In this document: positions 27,399 through 36,391 of the stretch, in pieces | Position numbering within the stretch: position 1 is the stretch's first letter | How the letters are laid out: every line of letters starts with the position of its first letter | Virus record (IMG/VR): IMGVR_UViG_3300029922_000048 | DNA length: 64,000 nucleotides | DNA from: an uncultured virus (IMG/VR IMGVR_UViG_3300029922_000048) | Taxonomy: Duplodnaviria > Heunggongvirae > Uroviricota > Caudoviricetes | Direction: 5' to 3' (one strand) | Position numbers and translations under genes: made by a program | Notes under the pieces: model-generated | The model's database searches: none | What the model was told of the DNA's origin: nothing | Seen by the model: the letters and a program-made list of their open reading frames with translations, nothing else

Positions 27399-29152
27399 TC
27401 GGTCGGGTCCCCGGCGAAGTCATCAACTTCGCTGGAAGGGGCATTTAGGCATGGATCGTTCATCTCCGATAGCATGGAGGCGAGTGCGTACAAGAGAGCA
27501 TGGGCAAAGTCGTCGGTACGGCCTGACTTCTTGCGGAAGTACATCTCCTGGCGTTCCGAAACATCCTTGACCTCTACGTAGACGTTCAGGATATCCTGCA
27601 TGATATCACTCATGTCTTCCCATTGCGGGAAACGGAGTCTTCCTGACTTGAGCCATCGTCCTACAATGTTGAAGCAGTCGCTTCGATGGAGGAGCCAACG
27701 GTTCTGGGTCCAGTCGATGGCTCCATTGGGGGAATCCCAGGCCTGGATCAGCTTACCACGGTTATAGCGCACAAGATTGATGTTACTGGACCCAATCAAG
27801 CGACCCAATTCAATACCCCTCTGGGGATCAGGGCCAGAGTCACAGGCCATCTTGGCACGCAAATCCTTTGATATGCGGGCGATCTCCTTGATTTGATCTT
27901 TGTACTCGAAGTCATGCCAGACCTTCGCATAAACACAGTCGATGTTGCCGTTCTCCTTGACGGCTAGGAAGCAGGCGGCAGTACGGGAGGTGATACCACT
28001 GACCCCCCAGTCAGCACCACCCGTGTAGGCCATGTAGGTACGACGGTTGTTCTCCATGACCTTCAGGACCCGCTTGTCACCTTTCATCTCGAACATAGGT
28101 CCCAGGGTACAGATACGACGAAGCTCCTGTTCGGTGATGAATTTGGCACCTACGTCATAGCTGATACCCAGATTTTCATTGTAGATGGCCGCTACGCTGC
28201 GGTTGGGCTTCGTGACCGTGAGATAGAATTCGTTCCATTCCTTCTGGGTCTCATTGTAGTGAGGGAGCATGGGCTGGGCCAGATGGTATCCCACCAATGC
28301 TGTCTTGCCGTCAATTCGTTTAGCGTCGGGGTTGTAGGTAACCCATTCACCTTCACGGGTATTGATCTTGCGACTACATTTAGGGCAGCAGTACCCAGCA
28401 GGAGTCAACATTTTGAGAGGCTCGTTTTCTATGACGAGGCCATTCCAGTGACCACACGGGCATTTGGTCATCCACTCCAATTGGTTACTTTGCTTCCACA
28501 GTTTCTCGATAGTATTGTCTGTGGTGAGGGGTGTACCAGCATAGATCAGACGCTTGTACTTCGACATACGAAAGCACTCTTCAATAACCGAGAAGGTCTG
28601 CTCATCGATGTCCTGTACCTCGTCGTAGGTGATCTGATCCACCGCAGGACCGCGCAGACGTGTCGCGTCATCACTGCAGTAACGGAAGATGCAGGCCGAT
28701 AGGGATCGGTTCAGTATCTTTTCGAACACGTCATTCTTTCTCCACATTTTCGAACCCGCAAACAACGACTTCACTCTTCGACTATCGAACCTCGGATTAA
28801 CGTAATTCTGCGAAAAGTATTTTACAGACGTTTCCTGCGGCCCAACATACAGCATCGAGTAGTACTTCCACCGGATCATATTGAGACATATAAAGTTACT
28901 TAAAAGCGTTGATTTCAACGTTTTACGACTACACTTCAGCAACAACCGTTGAGGAATGGTATCGTAAATCTGACGCATCATCGGAAATTCGTCGAGGCTC
29001 TGAACACCGCCTTGATTATCGTCGAGATAGTTTTCGATGAAGTGAGTAGCAGGCAGCCAACTGAGCGCCAACTGAGATGCCACAAATTTTGCTTCTGGGT
29101 TTCCGGTCGCAAGCAGCATCTTTGAGCGCCTTAACACTTCGTCATGATCCAT
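27395..29152 (-). CDS. terL: Terminase large subunit (GpA-like)
   Basis: KCSRKTLKST (Walker A variant), RLRG, YDEVQD, AGTP, CPCGH/CPKC Zn motifs, nuclease GGADWG, CDSG, DDFAHA. Confidence 0.85.
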   Translation of the reverse strand: MDHDEVLRRSKMLLATGNPEAKFVASQLALSWLPATHFIENYLDDNQGGVQSLDEFPMMRQIYDTIPQRLLLKCSRKTLKSTLLSNFICLNMIRWKYYSMLYVGPQETSVKYFSQNYVNPRFDSRRVKSLFAGSKMWRKNDVFEKILNRSLSACIFRYCSDDATRLRGPAVDQITYDEVQDIDEQTFSVIEECFRMSKYKRLIYAGTPLTTDNTIEKLWKQSNQLEWMTKCPCGHWNGLVIENEPLKMLTPAGYCCPKCSRKINTREGEWVTYNPDAKRIDGKTALVGYHLAQPMLPHYNETQKEWNEFYLTVTKPNRSVAAIYNENLGISYDVGAKFITEQELRRICTLGPMFEMKGDKRVLKVMENNRRTYMAYTGGADWGVSGITSRTAACFLAVKENGNIDCVYAKVWHDFEYKDQIKEIARISKDLRAKMACDSGPDPQRGIELGRLIGSSNINLVRYNRGKLIQAWDSPNGAIDWTQNRWLLHRSDCFNIVGRWLKSGRLRFPQWEDMSDIMQDILNVYVEVKDVSERQEMYFRKKSGRTDDFAHALLYALASMLSEMNDPCLNAPSSEVDDFAGDPTD

Positions 29153-29210
29153 AAAGCCAAACCTAACACGAACAACGACAACTACTCCAGGCAAATTTTT
29201 GAGGTCTGTG

Positions 29211-29239
29211 TTGACTCGTTAGCGGATGTCTTTGATAAT
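29211..29239 (+). promoter_or_regulatory. Promoter TTGACT-N17-GATAAT driving the rightward operon
   Basis: -35 at 29211-29216, -10 at 29234-29239, in the divergent intergenic gap. Confidence 0.7.
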
Positions 29240-29379
29240 ATTTGGGCACTCTCACGTCCCAAACCAAAGAAAAAGTCCAATGAGCAACAGTATCAAGAAT
29301 TTTAAGTCCAAGAATCCCTGCACCAAGCAGGTGACTCCGGAGGGTACGTTTCAATCAGGAAACTCTAAGAGCCAACTAC

Positions 29380-29634
29380 GTGGTAAAACAAAAGAAGCGG
29401 TTCCGCCGCCATCAGCAGGTTCAGGTTCTTCAACCTGACCTATTTGTCAGTCGAAATACCAATGTCGGGACGGTGTTGGGGTATAACGGACCCTACGTAG
29501 TGGTCAAGTTCCCATTTCAGTCCGTCCTAATTAACGAGGTAGAATGCTACCCTGAGCTGGCACTATGCCTAGAACCAAAAAGAAAACAAAACCGAAAGCA
29601 AGAGGACAGTGTAGAAAGCATATCCATCCGCTGA
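29380..29634 (+). CDS. Small hypothetical protein (SH3-like possible)
   Basis: Short ORF downstream of promoter. Confidence 0.35.
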   Translation: MVKQKKRFRRHQQVQVLQPDLFVSRNTNVGTVLGYNGPYVVVKFPFQSVLINEVECYPELALCLEPKRKQNRKQEDSVESISIR

Positions 29635-29789
29635 CCCCTGCGGTGGATTTTATAACTGAAAACATGGGTCCCATGAACCGTAGGTATTGGACCAAGGAGG
29701 CTAATCGGAAGTCCATTTCGCTTCGATCCATGGTTGCCCAATACCTCGTCCAGGACTTTCAAATAAAGGAGAACCATGAAATTCTCTAA
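29565..29789 (+). CDS. Small basic protein, ribbon-helix-helix-like possible
   Basis: EANRKSISLRSMV; overlaps AAA start. Confidence 0.35.
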   Translation: MPRTKKKTKPKARGQCRKHIHPLTPAVDFITENMGPMNRRYWTKEANRKSISLRSMVAQYLVQDFQIKENHEIL

Positions 29790-31380
29790 GCAGACAAACG
29801 ATTATTTCAACGCCGGTTACGCCATGGTTGCGGTCGAGACCCACGAGGAAGACCGCGTCATGATGGAAATCAAGCAGATCAATGATCATCGCAGCACCAA
29901 GGAGAAAGCCACCATCTATGAATGGGATTGCTCTAGTGGGCTGAGAGGGTTAGAAGGTGCCAAGCTTGATTTCGATGTTAAGATGGATGATGATCCGACC
30001 GATACCGGTACCTTCCTGAAAATGGTCGATGATCTACTGGATAACAAGAAGTTCACCAACTTCCGTATATTCGTCATCAAAGATTTTCATCTTCAGCTGC
30101 AGAAGTCACCCATCAATACTGTCTACATTCGGGCTATCCGGAATATGCTGGCCAGGATGCGATTCAAGAACTTTATGTTCTTGTTCATATCCCCGACATT
30201 CGCGGTCCCAAATGAACTCCAGAAGGAAGTGCAGGTCATAGACTTCCCACTTCCCGACATCGATGACACCAAGGCTTCTCTTTCCTTCATACTGAAGGGT
30301 GCCAAGGTCGAGAAGCACATACCGCAGGACTCGGAAACCTTCCAGCGTTCAGCAGATGCCGCAAAGGGCATGACCATGAATGAGATGGAGAACGCCTTTG
30401 CGTTGGCGTTGGTGAAGAGTAGTCCTAAGTATGGGCAGGCATTCGTCGATGCGGTATTTGAGGAAAAGATTAGGCAGCTCAAGAAAAACGGGCTATTGGA
30501 GCACATCAAGTGTGATGTCACCTTCGAGGACATTGGAGGGTTGTTGGGGGTCAAGAATTGGATCACCTTGCGGGCGAAGGCCTACAGCGATCTAGCTAGA
30601 AAATTCGGTGTTCCGATCCCTAAGGGTGTGCTTCTGGCTGGATTACCGGGCGGCGGTAAGAGCTTGACTGCCAAGGCCATTGCCAGAGTTTTGGGTTGTC
30701 CTCTATTCAAACTCGATCTAGGTGGGCTGTTTGCCAGCCTAGTAGGTGACACGGAAGCCAATTTCAGACGGGTTATGGGTATCATCGATTCCCTTGGACT
30801 GTGTGTCATCTGGATCGATGAGGTAGAGAAGTACTTAAATGAAAACGCTGTCGAGGGTGCAGGAGATTCCGGTACCTCGTCACGGTCATTCGGGTCTTTC
30901 CTGACTTGGCTCAACGACCGCACAAGTCACGCTTTTATGGCAATGACATCTAATGACCACACAATCCTACCGGCTGCACTCGTGCGCAAGGGTCGGTTAG
31001 ATGAAATGTTCTGGATTGACCTCCCTGATGTTCATGATCGGTTGGAAATCTTCCAGGTCGTTATCAAGAAATACGAACGTGATGTTAACGAGTTCGATCC
31101 CAAAGTGCTGGCCCAACGTACTGATCTGTTCTCGGGTGCCGAGATTGAAGAGGTGGTTAAGCAGGGGCTGTACCGCGCATTTTCGGAGGGCTCGGAACTG
31201 AATCAAAAGCACCTGGAGTTTGAGATCGAGCAATCGAAACCTTTCGCCAAGTACCATCCCGAGAAGATCGCTGAAATGCGTAATAAAGCCAAGGACAAGC
31301 TCAAGGTAGCGTCGGTCTCGGGAGAACCTGAGGACCTCAACACTGCTTTGTTGACACTCCAGAACGACAAAACAAAATGA
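29776..31380 (+). CDS. Ycf46-like AAA+ ATPase
   Basis: VETHEEDR, FVIKDFH, IDFPLP, EEK.RQLKK.GLLE, DIGGL, PKGVLLAGLPGGGKS, WIDEVEK, RKGRLDEMFWIDLP, FSGAEIE. Confidence 0.9.
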   Translation: MKFSKQTNDYFNAGYAMVAVETHEEDRVMMEIKQINDHRSTKEKATIYEWDCSSGLRGLEGAKLDFDVKMDDDPTDTGTFLKMVDDLLDNKKFTNFRIFVIKDFHLQLQKSPINTVYIRAIRNMLARMRFKNFMFLFISPTFAVPNELQKEVQVIDFPLPDIDDTKASLSFILKGAKVEKHIPQDSETFQRSADAAKGMTMNEMENAFALALVKSSPKYGQAFVDAVFEEKIRQLKKNGLLEHIKCDVTFEDIGGLLGVKNWITLRAKAYSDLARKFGVPIPKGVLLAGLPGGGKSLTAKAIARVLGCPLFKLDLGGLFASLVGDTEANFRRVMGIIDSLGLCVIWIDEVEKYLNENAVEGAGDSGTSSRSFGSFLTWLNDRTSHAFMAMTSNDHTILPAALVRKGRLDEMFWIDLPDVHDRLEIFQVVIKKYERDVNEFDPKVLAQRTDLFSGAEIEEVVKQGLYRAFSEGSELNQKHLEFEIEQSKPFAKYHPEKIAEMRNKAKDKLKVASVSGEPEDLNTALLTLQNDKTK

Positions 31381-31589
31381 CCATACCCGATATAATGTCG
31401 ATTCCAGGTCCAACCACCGTCAGGGAGGCTGTAAACAAGTTGGACGAGAAACTCACACAGACCCGCCAGGAATACAAGACACGGGATGAGGAAGGTAACT
31501 TTCTCTCCCTAACAGGGATGGCCCTGAAGGAACGCCTCGAATCCAGGATTGAAACTCTCGAAGAGGTTCGCCGCTGGATCAAAATCTAA
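31377..31589 (+). CDS. Small coiled-coil protein
   Basis: ATGA overlap. Confidence 0.45.
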   Translation: MTIPDIMSIPGPTTVREAVNKLDEKLTQTRQEYKTRDEEGNFLSLTGMALKERLESRIETLEEVRRWIKI

Positions 31590-31600
31590 CCAATACAATA

Positions 31601-32671
31601 ATGCCAACAGAATTACTCGAACCCCCGCAGCAGATTCAGACGGAAGAAGAAACCACTATTGTGGCCCCGGTAGTAACTCCCCCTGAAGAGATTCAGGCCA
31701 CCACCCAAACCCTCAAGCACAACTACGACAAGGTGTTCGAGGATGGGACTCTCATCTCCCTTCACGTCCGGTGCTGGGGTATGGCGTCCCAGTTGGATGA
31801 AGACGATCTGGGAGTCCAGAAGCAGCCCAGCATCTTCAAGCTCGGAAAGAAGATGCTGATCAAACCCGAGATAGCAGGTGCTTTCAAGAGATGTGAGTCC
31901 AAGGGACGACACGTTCTGACCCGCGCAGGTCTCGATTTCCCAGTCGCAGAGGCACATTTTGTACCTCGGTGCCGGTTGAACAAGGTCATCGAGGACTTGT
32001 TGATTGTTCAGACCGAGTGGAATAAACTCTGCGAAGATTTCTTCGCCAACTACGAGACCCACAAGGAAGACGTTTTGACGAGCTTCCCTGAGCAGCGCAG
32101 CAAGCTGGAGCCTTGTTACCCGAGCCTGGAAACGATCAAGCAGAAGTTCTCGTTCTACTGGATTCAGTTTCGAGTGGCATTCCCCAAGGAACTGGCTGAG
32201 TATGATTTGAACGCCAAGATCGCTGAGGAGAAAGCAGTTACGGAGGTTGAGCGGGTTGCTCAGCAGAGACTCCGCGAGCAGGCCGAATCTCAGGCCCGTA
32301 TGTTGGAGAACTTCGTCCAGGAAAACGGCGAGATTCTCCGTCGCAAGATTCTGGAAGGTTGCCAGAAGGTAGCGGATAAGATCGTGAAAAAGCAGGCGAT
32401 CACTCAGACCAGCATCAACGGACTGTTGAAGCAGGTGACAGAGTTCAAGGAATTGAACTTCCTGGACGATCAAGCTGTAGCCAAGCGATTGGAAGAACTT
32501 CAGGCTCTTATTCAGGGGGGTGCCGAGGACTTCAAGGACAGTCCTGCCACGACCGAGAAGTTGGAAGCGACCTTGAATCAGATCATTCAGGAAACTTCCA
32601 GGATCGGTGATGTTGAGGAATTGACCGGTAGGTATTTCCGGACAGTCCAATTAGACAATACGGAGGAATAG
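31601..32671 (+). CDS. DUF3150-like coiled-coil protein
   Basis: ISLHVRCWG, LGKKMLI, HFVP, YPS...KFSF pattern; context next to Ycf46. Confidence 0.65.
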   Translation: MPTELLEPPQQIQTEEETTIVAPVVTPPEEIQATTQTLKHNYDKVFEDGTLISLHVRCWGMASQLDEDDLGVQKQPSIFKLGKKMLIKPEIAGAFKRCESKGRHVLTRAGLDFPVAEAHFVPRCRLNKVIEDLLIVQTEWNKLCEDFFANYETHKEDVLTSFPEQRSKLEPCYPSLETIKQKFSFYWIQFRVAFPKELAEYDLNAKIAEEKAVTEVERVAQQRLREQAESQARMLENFVQENGEILRRKILEGCQKVADKIVKKQAITQTSINGLLKQVTEFKELNFLDDQAVAKRLEELQALIQGGAEDFKDSPATTEKLEATLNQIIQETSRIGDVEELTGRYFRTVQLDNTEE

Positions 32672-32964
32672 TGGTAGCTGTTGCCTACGATGCATTCTAT
32701 GATCGCAAGCCGGATGACAAAATCATCATCGACTTCGAGGGAAAGCCACGAGGCTGGGTCTATCCGTTGTGTGAGCTTCTTGATGGTTGGGTCGTCGATA
32801 TCGACGATCTCTACCTCAGGATGCGGGACCTGAACGGCAAACCTGCCGCCTACGAGAAAAAGAGTCTCGGTATTCTCTTGGAAAAGTTGATCGAAGATAG
32901 TACAAAAATTCAAGCCATCTGGATCGTACGATCCGGACTACGTAAAAAGGAACGAATCTTATGA
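32671..32964 (+). CDS. Hypothetical protein
   Basis: Coupled at both ends. Confidence 0.5.
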   Translation: MVAVAYDAFYDRKPDDKIIIDFEGKPRGWVYPLCELLDGWVVDIDDLYLRMRDLNGKPAAYEKKSLGILLEKLIEDSTKIQAIWIVRSGLRKKERIL

Positions 32965-33377
32965 GTCATAAAGTCACAATCAAAACACAGTTCAAAGAAC
33001 TTCAACCCCTCCTGAAGGCATTTCAGATTTTGGGTTGGAGCATCGAGCACAATGCCGTCGCTCGCGGTTGGAATGACGGGGCAGTCCATGAAGTCGTGGC
33101 CCGTAACACGGTACAGGATAACTCCCGAGACAACTGGGCCAGCCAGGACCTCGTGGTGGAACGCGACGAGAAGAACCGTGTCTATCAGGTTCATAACAGC
33201 ATGGATAGCGATGTTGTGGAAATCGCCCTGGAGTCACTTGGAGGCCGTGAGATGCCTCGTCTGAAGCGTCAGTATGGGATCGAAACGATCAAGAACCGAG
33301 CCAAACAAAAAGGTGCTGAATGCACCGTCACGGAACACGCCAATGGTAAAACACATGTACTCGTCACATACGCCTAA
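32961..33377 (+). CDS. DUF1257 (Ycf35-like) protein
   Basis: MSH...IKTQFK....L.KA...LGW and LKRQYG...AKQKG pattern. Confidence 0.75.
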   Translation: MSHKVTIKTQFKELQPLLKAFQILGWSIEHNAVARGWNDGAVHEVVARNTVQDNSRDNWASQDLVVERDEKNRVYQVHNSMDSDVVEIALESLGGREMPRLKRQYGIETIKNRAKQKGAECTVTEHANGKTHVLVTYA

Positions 33378-33627
33378 GCCTCCGACACCGGAAAAGCGTA
33401 TCGCCCGCCAGTTGTTCAATCACTTCTTCTACCAAGATAACCCGCCAGCCAAAAGCCTGACGGTTCCGGTAGACTACGTTTATCACGAGCACAATGATGT
33501 GACTCTCTGGAACGCCAAACTCGTGTACGAGACTGACTATGTCACGCCCCGTACTCACGAACCCAAAATCCAGTTCGAGGTCGATAAGGACCTGAACATC
33601 AAGAAAGATTCAATAATCTATGTCTAA
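33343..33627 (+). CDS. Hypothetical protein
   Basis: Fills gap between DUF1257 and DUF2997 genes; start uncertain. Confidence 0.4.
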   Translation: MVKHMYSSHTPKPPTPEKRIARQLFNHFFYQDNPPAKSLTVPVDYVYHEHNDVTLWNAKLVYETDYVTPRTHEPKIQFEVDKDLNIKKDSIIYV

Positions 33628-33814
33628 GACTATCGAATTCGTCATTGAGCCAAATGGCGACACCAAGATCGTAGATGTCCAGGGGGCTCCAGGTAGAACG
33701 TGCCTGGACGTAACCAAGGAGTGGGAGAAACTTCTAGGTAACGCACAGGAGAACTCACGTGTGATGACGGAAGACTGCCCTAATGAGCAGAACGTCGCCC
33801 ACCAGCGTGCTTAA
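33620..33814 (+). CDS. DUF2997 protein
   Basis: IEFVIEPNG...V.G..G..C...T...E..LG. Confidence 0.8.
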   Translation: MSKTIEFVIEPNGDTKIVDVQGAPGRTCLDVTKEWEKLLGNAQENSRVMTEDCPNEQNVAHQRA

Positions 33815-34106
33815 CCAGACCAGCATTTTCATCGACGAGAACGGTGATATCGAGGCCATCAATGATCATTTCGTTGATGGCCTCGACCTGGGGGTACGGG
33901 AGATGCAGCGTGTGTCGGACGTGGAGTTCGATTCCGAGACCCAGATGTGGTACGCCGAAATCCGTGAGGATTTTCTCGCCTCGCAACATGTCGCCAGCAT
34001 TCGACTTACAGCACCTACCCGTCAAGAGGCCCTTGACAGGGAGGTTGTGTTCGTGAACAGTATCCTGCACCGAAGAATAATCGAAGGAAAAACCATTGAA
34101 GACTAA
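33783..34106 (+). CDS. Conserved small protein associated with DUF2997 clusters
   Basis: I.IDENG...LDLG...QRVSDVEFD....WYA...TRQEAL..EV. Confidence 0.6.
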   Translation: MSRTSPTSVLNQTSIFIDENGDIEAINDHFVDGLDLGVREMQRVSDVEFDSETQMWYAEIREDFLASQHVASIRLTAPTRQEALDREVVFVNSILHRRIIEGKTIED

Positions 34107-35214
34107 GAAAACCAATATCATCCCCGGCACCTGGATAGGTGCTGGGGACATCCATCTAGGGTGCAAGTTGTATAACAAGCCGGAGCTTGAAGAGGACATC
34201 AAGCAGGAGTTCCTGAAGCTCTGTGAAGTAGCGGTCGATATTGGGGCCGAATATCTCGTCATTGCTGGCGACTTGTTTGACACCAACAAGCCAACCGCTG
34301 CCCTCGTAGACTTCGTGGCTCGTGCGCTGAAGAAGCTACGTAAGGCTGGGGTGACACCACTCGCCATATCTGGCGACCACGATAAGACCATTGATGAGAA
34401 GAATTGGTGTCAAATCGCAGGGTTTGATCCGATCAGCTCGGTCGAGAACCTGGTTGGGATCGACTACAACGATGTACCGGAACAGGTTATGGAGGCCCTC
34501 ACGAGAGCCTACAACGAGAAGACCGAGTGGGTGTTTCTACACGGCATGGTCAAGGAGCTGTGGCCGTTCTGTGAGGAGAAGAAGCTCCTGCCAGTCCGAG
34601 AGTTCTTCCTGGAGCACGCTAGACCCGCTCTGCGGGGTTTTGTTCTTGGGGACATCCATAAGCCCTTCGAGGACACGTTCACGAACCCTGCGACCGGTCA
34701 GAAGGTATGGTGTGGGTACACAGGATCACTCGGGGTAACCCGTACCGACGAACTGCAGAAGAAGGGATACCTTCACTGGAACGGTACTGAGCTGAAACGC
34801 ATCCCGTACGAGCTTCAGCGTAAGTTCATCGAGATCACGTTGTCGAACGAGTGGTTCGACGCTATGAGCGAAGCCGAGAAGCTGAAGAGTATCGAGGAGC
34901 TAAATTCCAACAAGAACAAGCCCATCGTGATCTTCTGGTATCGACCCGACATCGCGCACCGGCTCAACGAGTTGGCGTTTCTGTTCCAGCATGCTATTGT
35001 GCATCCTGCTAAGTTGAAGGCCGATGGTAGCAAGGACCTAGTGGTAAATCGTTCGGAACTCAAGACTGAGGACAAGATTGACTCGTCGCTCCGTCAGGTA
35101 ACCTGCCTCCGTAGTGAGCGCACGTTCGACCTGTCCAGACGCCTGGTTCGGGACGTGGACGGCGCTAAGCCCATCCTGGATGCCTTCAAGGAAGAGGCCT
35201 TGCGTGAGACCTAG
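34096..35214 (+). CDS. sbcD: SbcD/Mre11-like metallophosphoesterase nuclease (gp47-like)
   Basis: GDIHLG, AGDLFD, GDHD, LHG, GDIH, YTGS. Confidence 0.85.
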   Translation: MKTKKTNIIPGTWIGAGDIHLGCKLYNKPELEEDIKQEFLKLCEVAVDIGAEYLVIAGDLFDTNKPTAALVDFVARALKKLRKAGVTPLAISGDHDKTIDEKNWCQIAGFDPISSVENLVGIDYNDVPEQVMEALTRAYNEKTEWVFLHGMVKELWPFCEEKKLLPVREFFLEHARPALRGFVLGDIHKPFEDTFTNPATGQKVWCGYTGSLGVTRTDELQKKGYLHWNGTELKRIPYELQRKFIEITLSNEWFDAMSEAEKLKSIEELNSNKNKPIVIFWYRPDIAHRLNELAFLFQHAIVHPAKLKADGSKDLVVNRSELKTEDKIDSSLRQVTCLRSERTFDLSRRLVRDVDGAKPILDAFKEEALRET

Positions 35215-35224
35215 AACTAACACA

Positions 35225-35449
35225 ATGGTGAGGACCTATGATTGCATTATCGATCATCCAGGCCTCACCTGCACGGAACTATCCAAGCTATTGCATTCTA
35301 GCCCTAGCTCGCTCTGTAGCTTGCTGTGGAAGATGCGCCAGAAGTTCCGTGTCATCGCCCGCCAGGAACCAGGAATGCGTGGGCAAACTGCCTACCGCTA
35401 CTACCCACTTCCAGGTTACAAGAATCCATCACAAGAAGAAATTGATTAA
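35225..35449 (+). CDS. Small winged-HTH protein
   Basis: IIDHPGLTCTELSKLL...YRYY. Confidence 0.55.
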   Translation: MVRTYDCIIDHPGLTCTELSKLLHSSPSSLCSLLWKMRQKFRVIARQEPGMRGQTAYRYYPLPGYKNPSQEEID

Positions 35450-35841
35450 TGAACGCAAGAGAAGCACGCAAGAAATCTAGGGCCAATTATATGAGATTGG
35501 CCCAAGAAAGAGAAGCAGCCAAAAGCGCTGAGGCGGAGCGTCGGAGACTAGCGGAGCAGGACGCACAATGGAAATATAAAAATGGCGACCGCAATAAAGA
35601 CCTGCATCGAATTCGTGACGAGATCGAAAAGGCTGTAGAGGCCGGAGGCAGGGGAGTATCGTTCATGCACAATGAGATTACGTTGACGGACGCTAGCGCT
35701 AAGGTCCTGTACGACACGCTCAGTGAGGAAGGCTATCTGGTCCAGTATTCTCCACAACGTACCGAGAGCTACTACCCCTACAGTACCGAACAGCAGCGAC
35801 AGGTCATAATTCACGCAACCCTGACAGTTACCTGGGACTAA
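35449..35841 (+). CDS. Hypothetical protein
   Basis: MNAREAR...IEKAV..G...L..EGY.V...VTW family pattern. Confidence 0.55.
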   Translation: MNAREARKKSRANYMRLAQEREAAKSAEAERRRLAEQDAQWKYKNGDRNKDLHRIRDEIEKAVEAGGRGVSFMHNEITLTDASAKVLYDTLSEEGYLVQYSPQRTESYYPYSTEQQRQVIIHATLTVTWD

Positions 35842-35842
35842 T

Positions 35843-36391
35843 ATGGAACCTAAGTTTAGTAACAACAACCTCATGATCAAAGACGAGATCGTGGTGGTCG
35901 ATCCATCTTTCCTGATGGACTGGGCGGTGTTCGAGAAGCATCTCCACGTCGAACAGGAAAAGCCCGAGTGGAACGACTACGGAATGACTGTGGAGTTATT
36001 GGGTAGCCACTTCTTTCTTGCGATGGTGACGACCGGGGAAGGAACCTACCAGATCACTCATCTGGAAAATGGTGAGGAAGCGGGTAGCTTCATTGTGGAA
36101 TCCGGCTATTATGCCATCCTCCCAATTGACCTGACTCGTAAGCTGCTGGAGACTAATCGGGACACTCTGGAGTCTCTCGTTGATAGTGGATACGCAGCCA
36201 TCATCGATATAGGGCCTTTCTCACAAGTGAACTTCACCGGCAATGGTGACTCGTTCGTGGGAGGCTACAAGATCGACGTAGAGGGTAACGACGATGGGCC
36301 TGGTGGTCCAGCATGGTTACAAGAGGGTGAAGAAGAACCCGATACTGTCCCGGATGATGCAAATCTTCGGTGGGACCCAAATGGAGAATAA
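35843..36391 (+). CDS. Acidic hypothetical protein
   Basis: VVDP.F...T.G.G.Y...F.V.SG motif. Confidence 0.55.
   Translation: MEPKFSNNNLMIKDEIVVVDPSFLMDWAVFEKHLHVEQEKPEWNDYGMTVELLGSHFFLAMVTTGEGTYQITHLENGEEAGSFIVESGYYAILPIDLTRKLLETNRDTLESLVDSGYAAIIDIGPFSQVNFTGNGDSFVGGYKIDVEGNDDGPGGPAWLQEGEEEPDTVPDDANLRWDPNGE

Noticed and set aside
31613..32650. 345-aa antisense ORF opposite the DUF3150-like gene
   Set aside because: Leu/Gln-rich shadow of a coiled-coil gene with biased codons; no motifs or promoter seen
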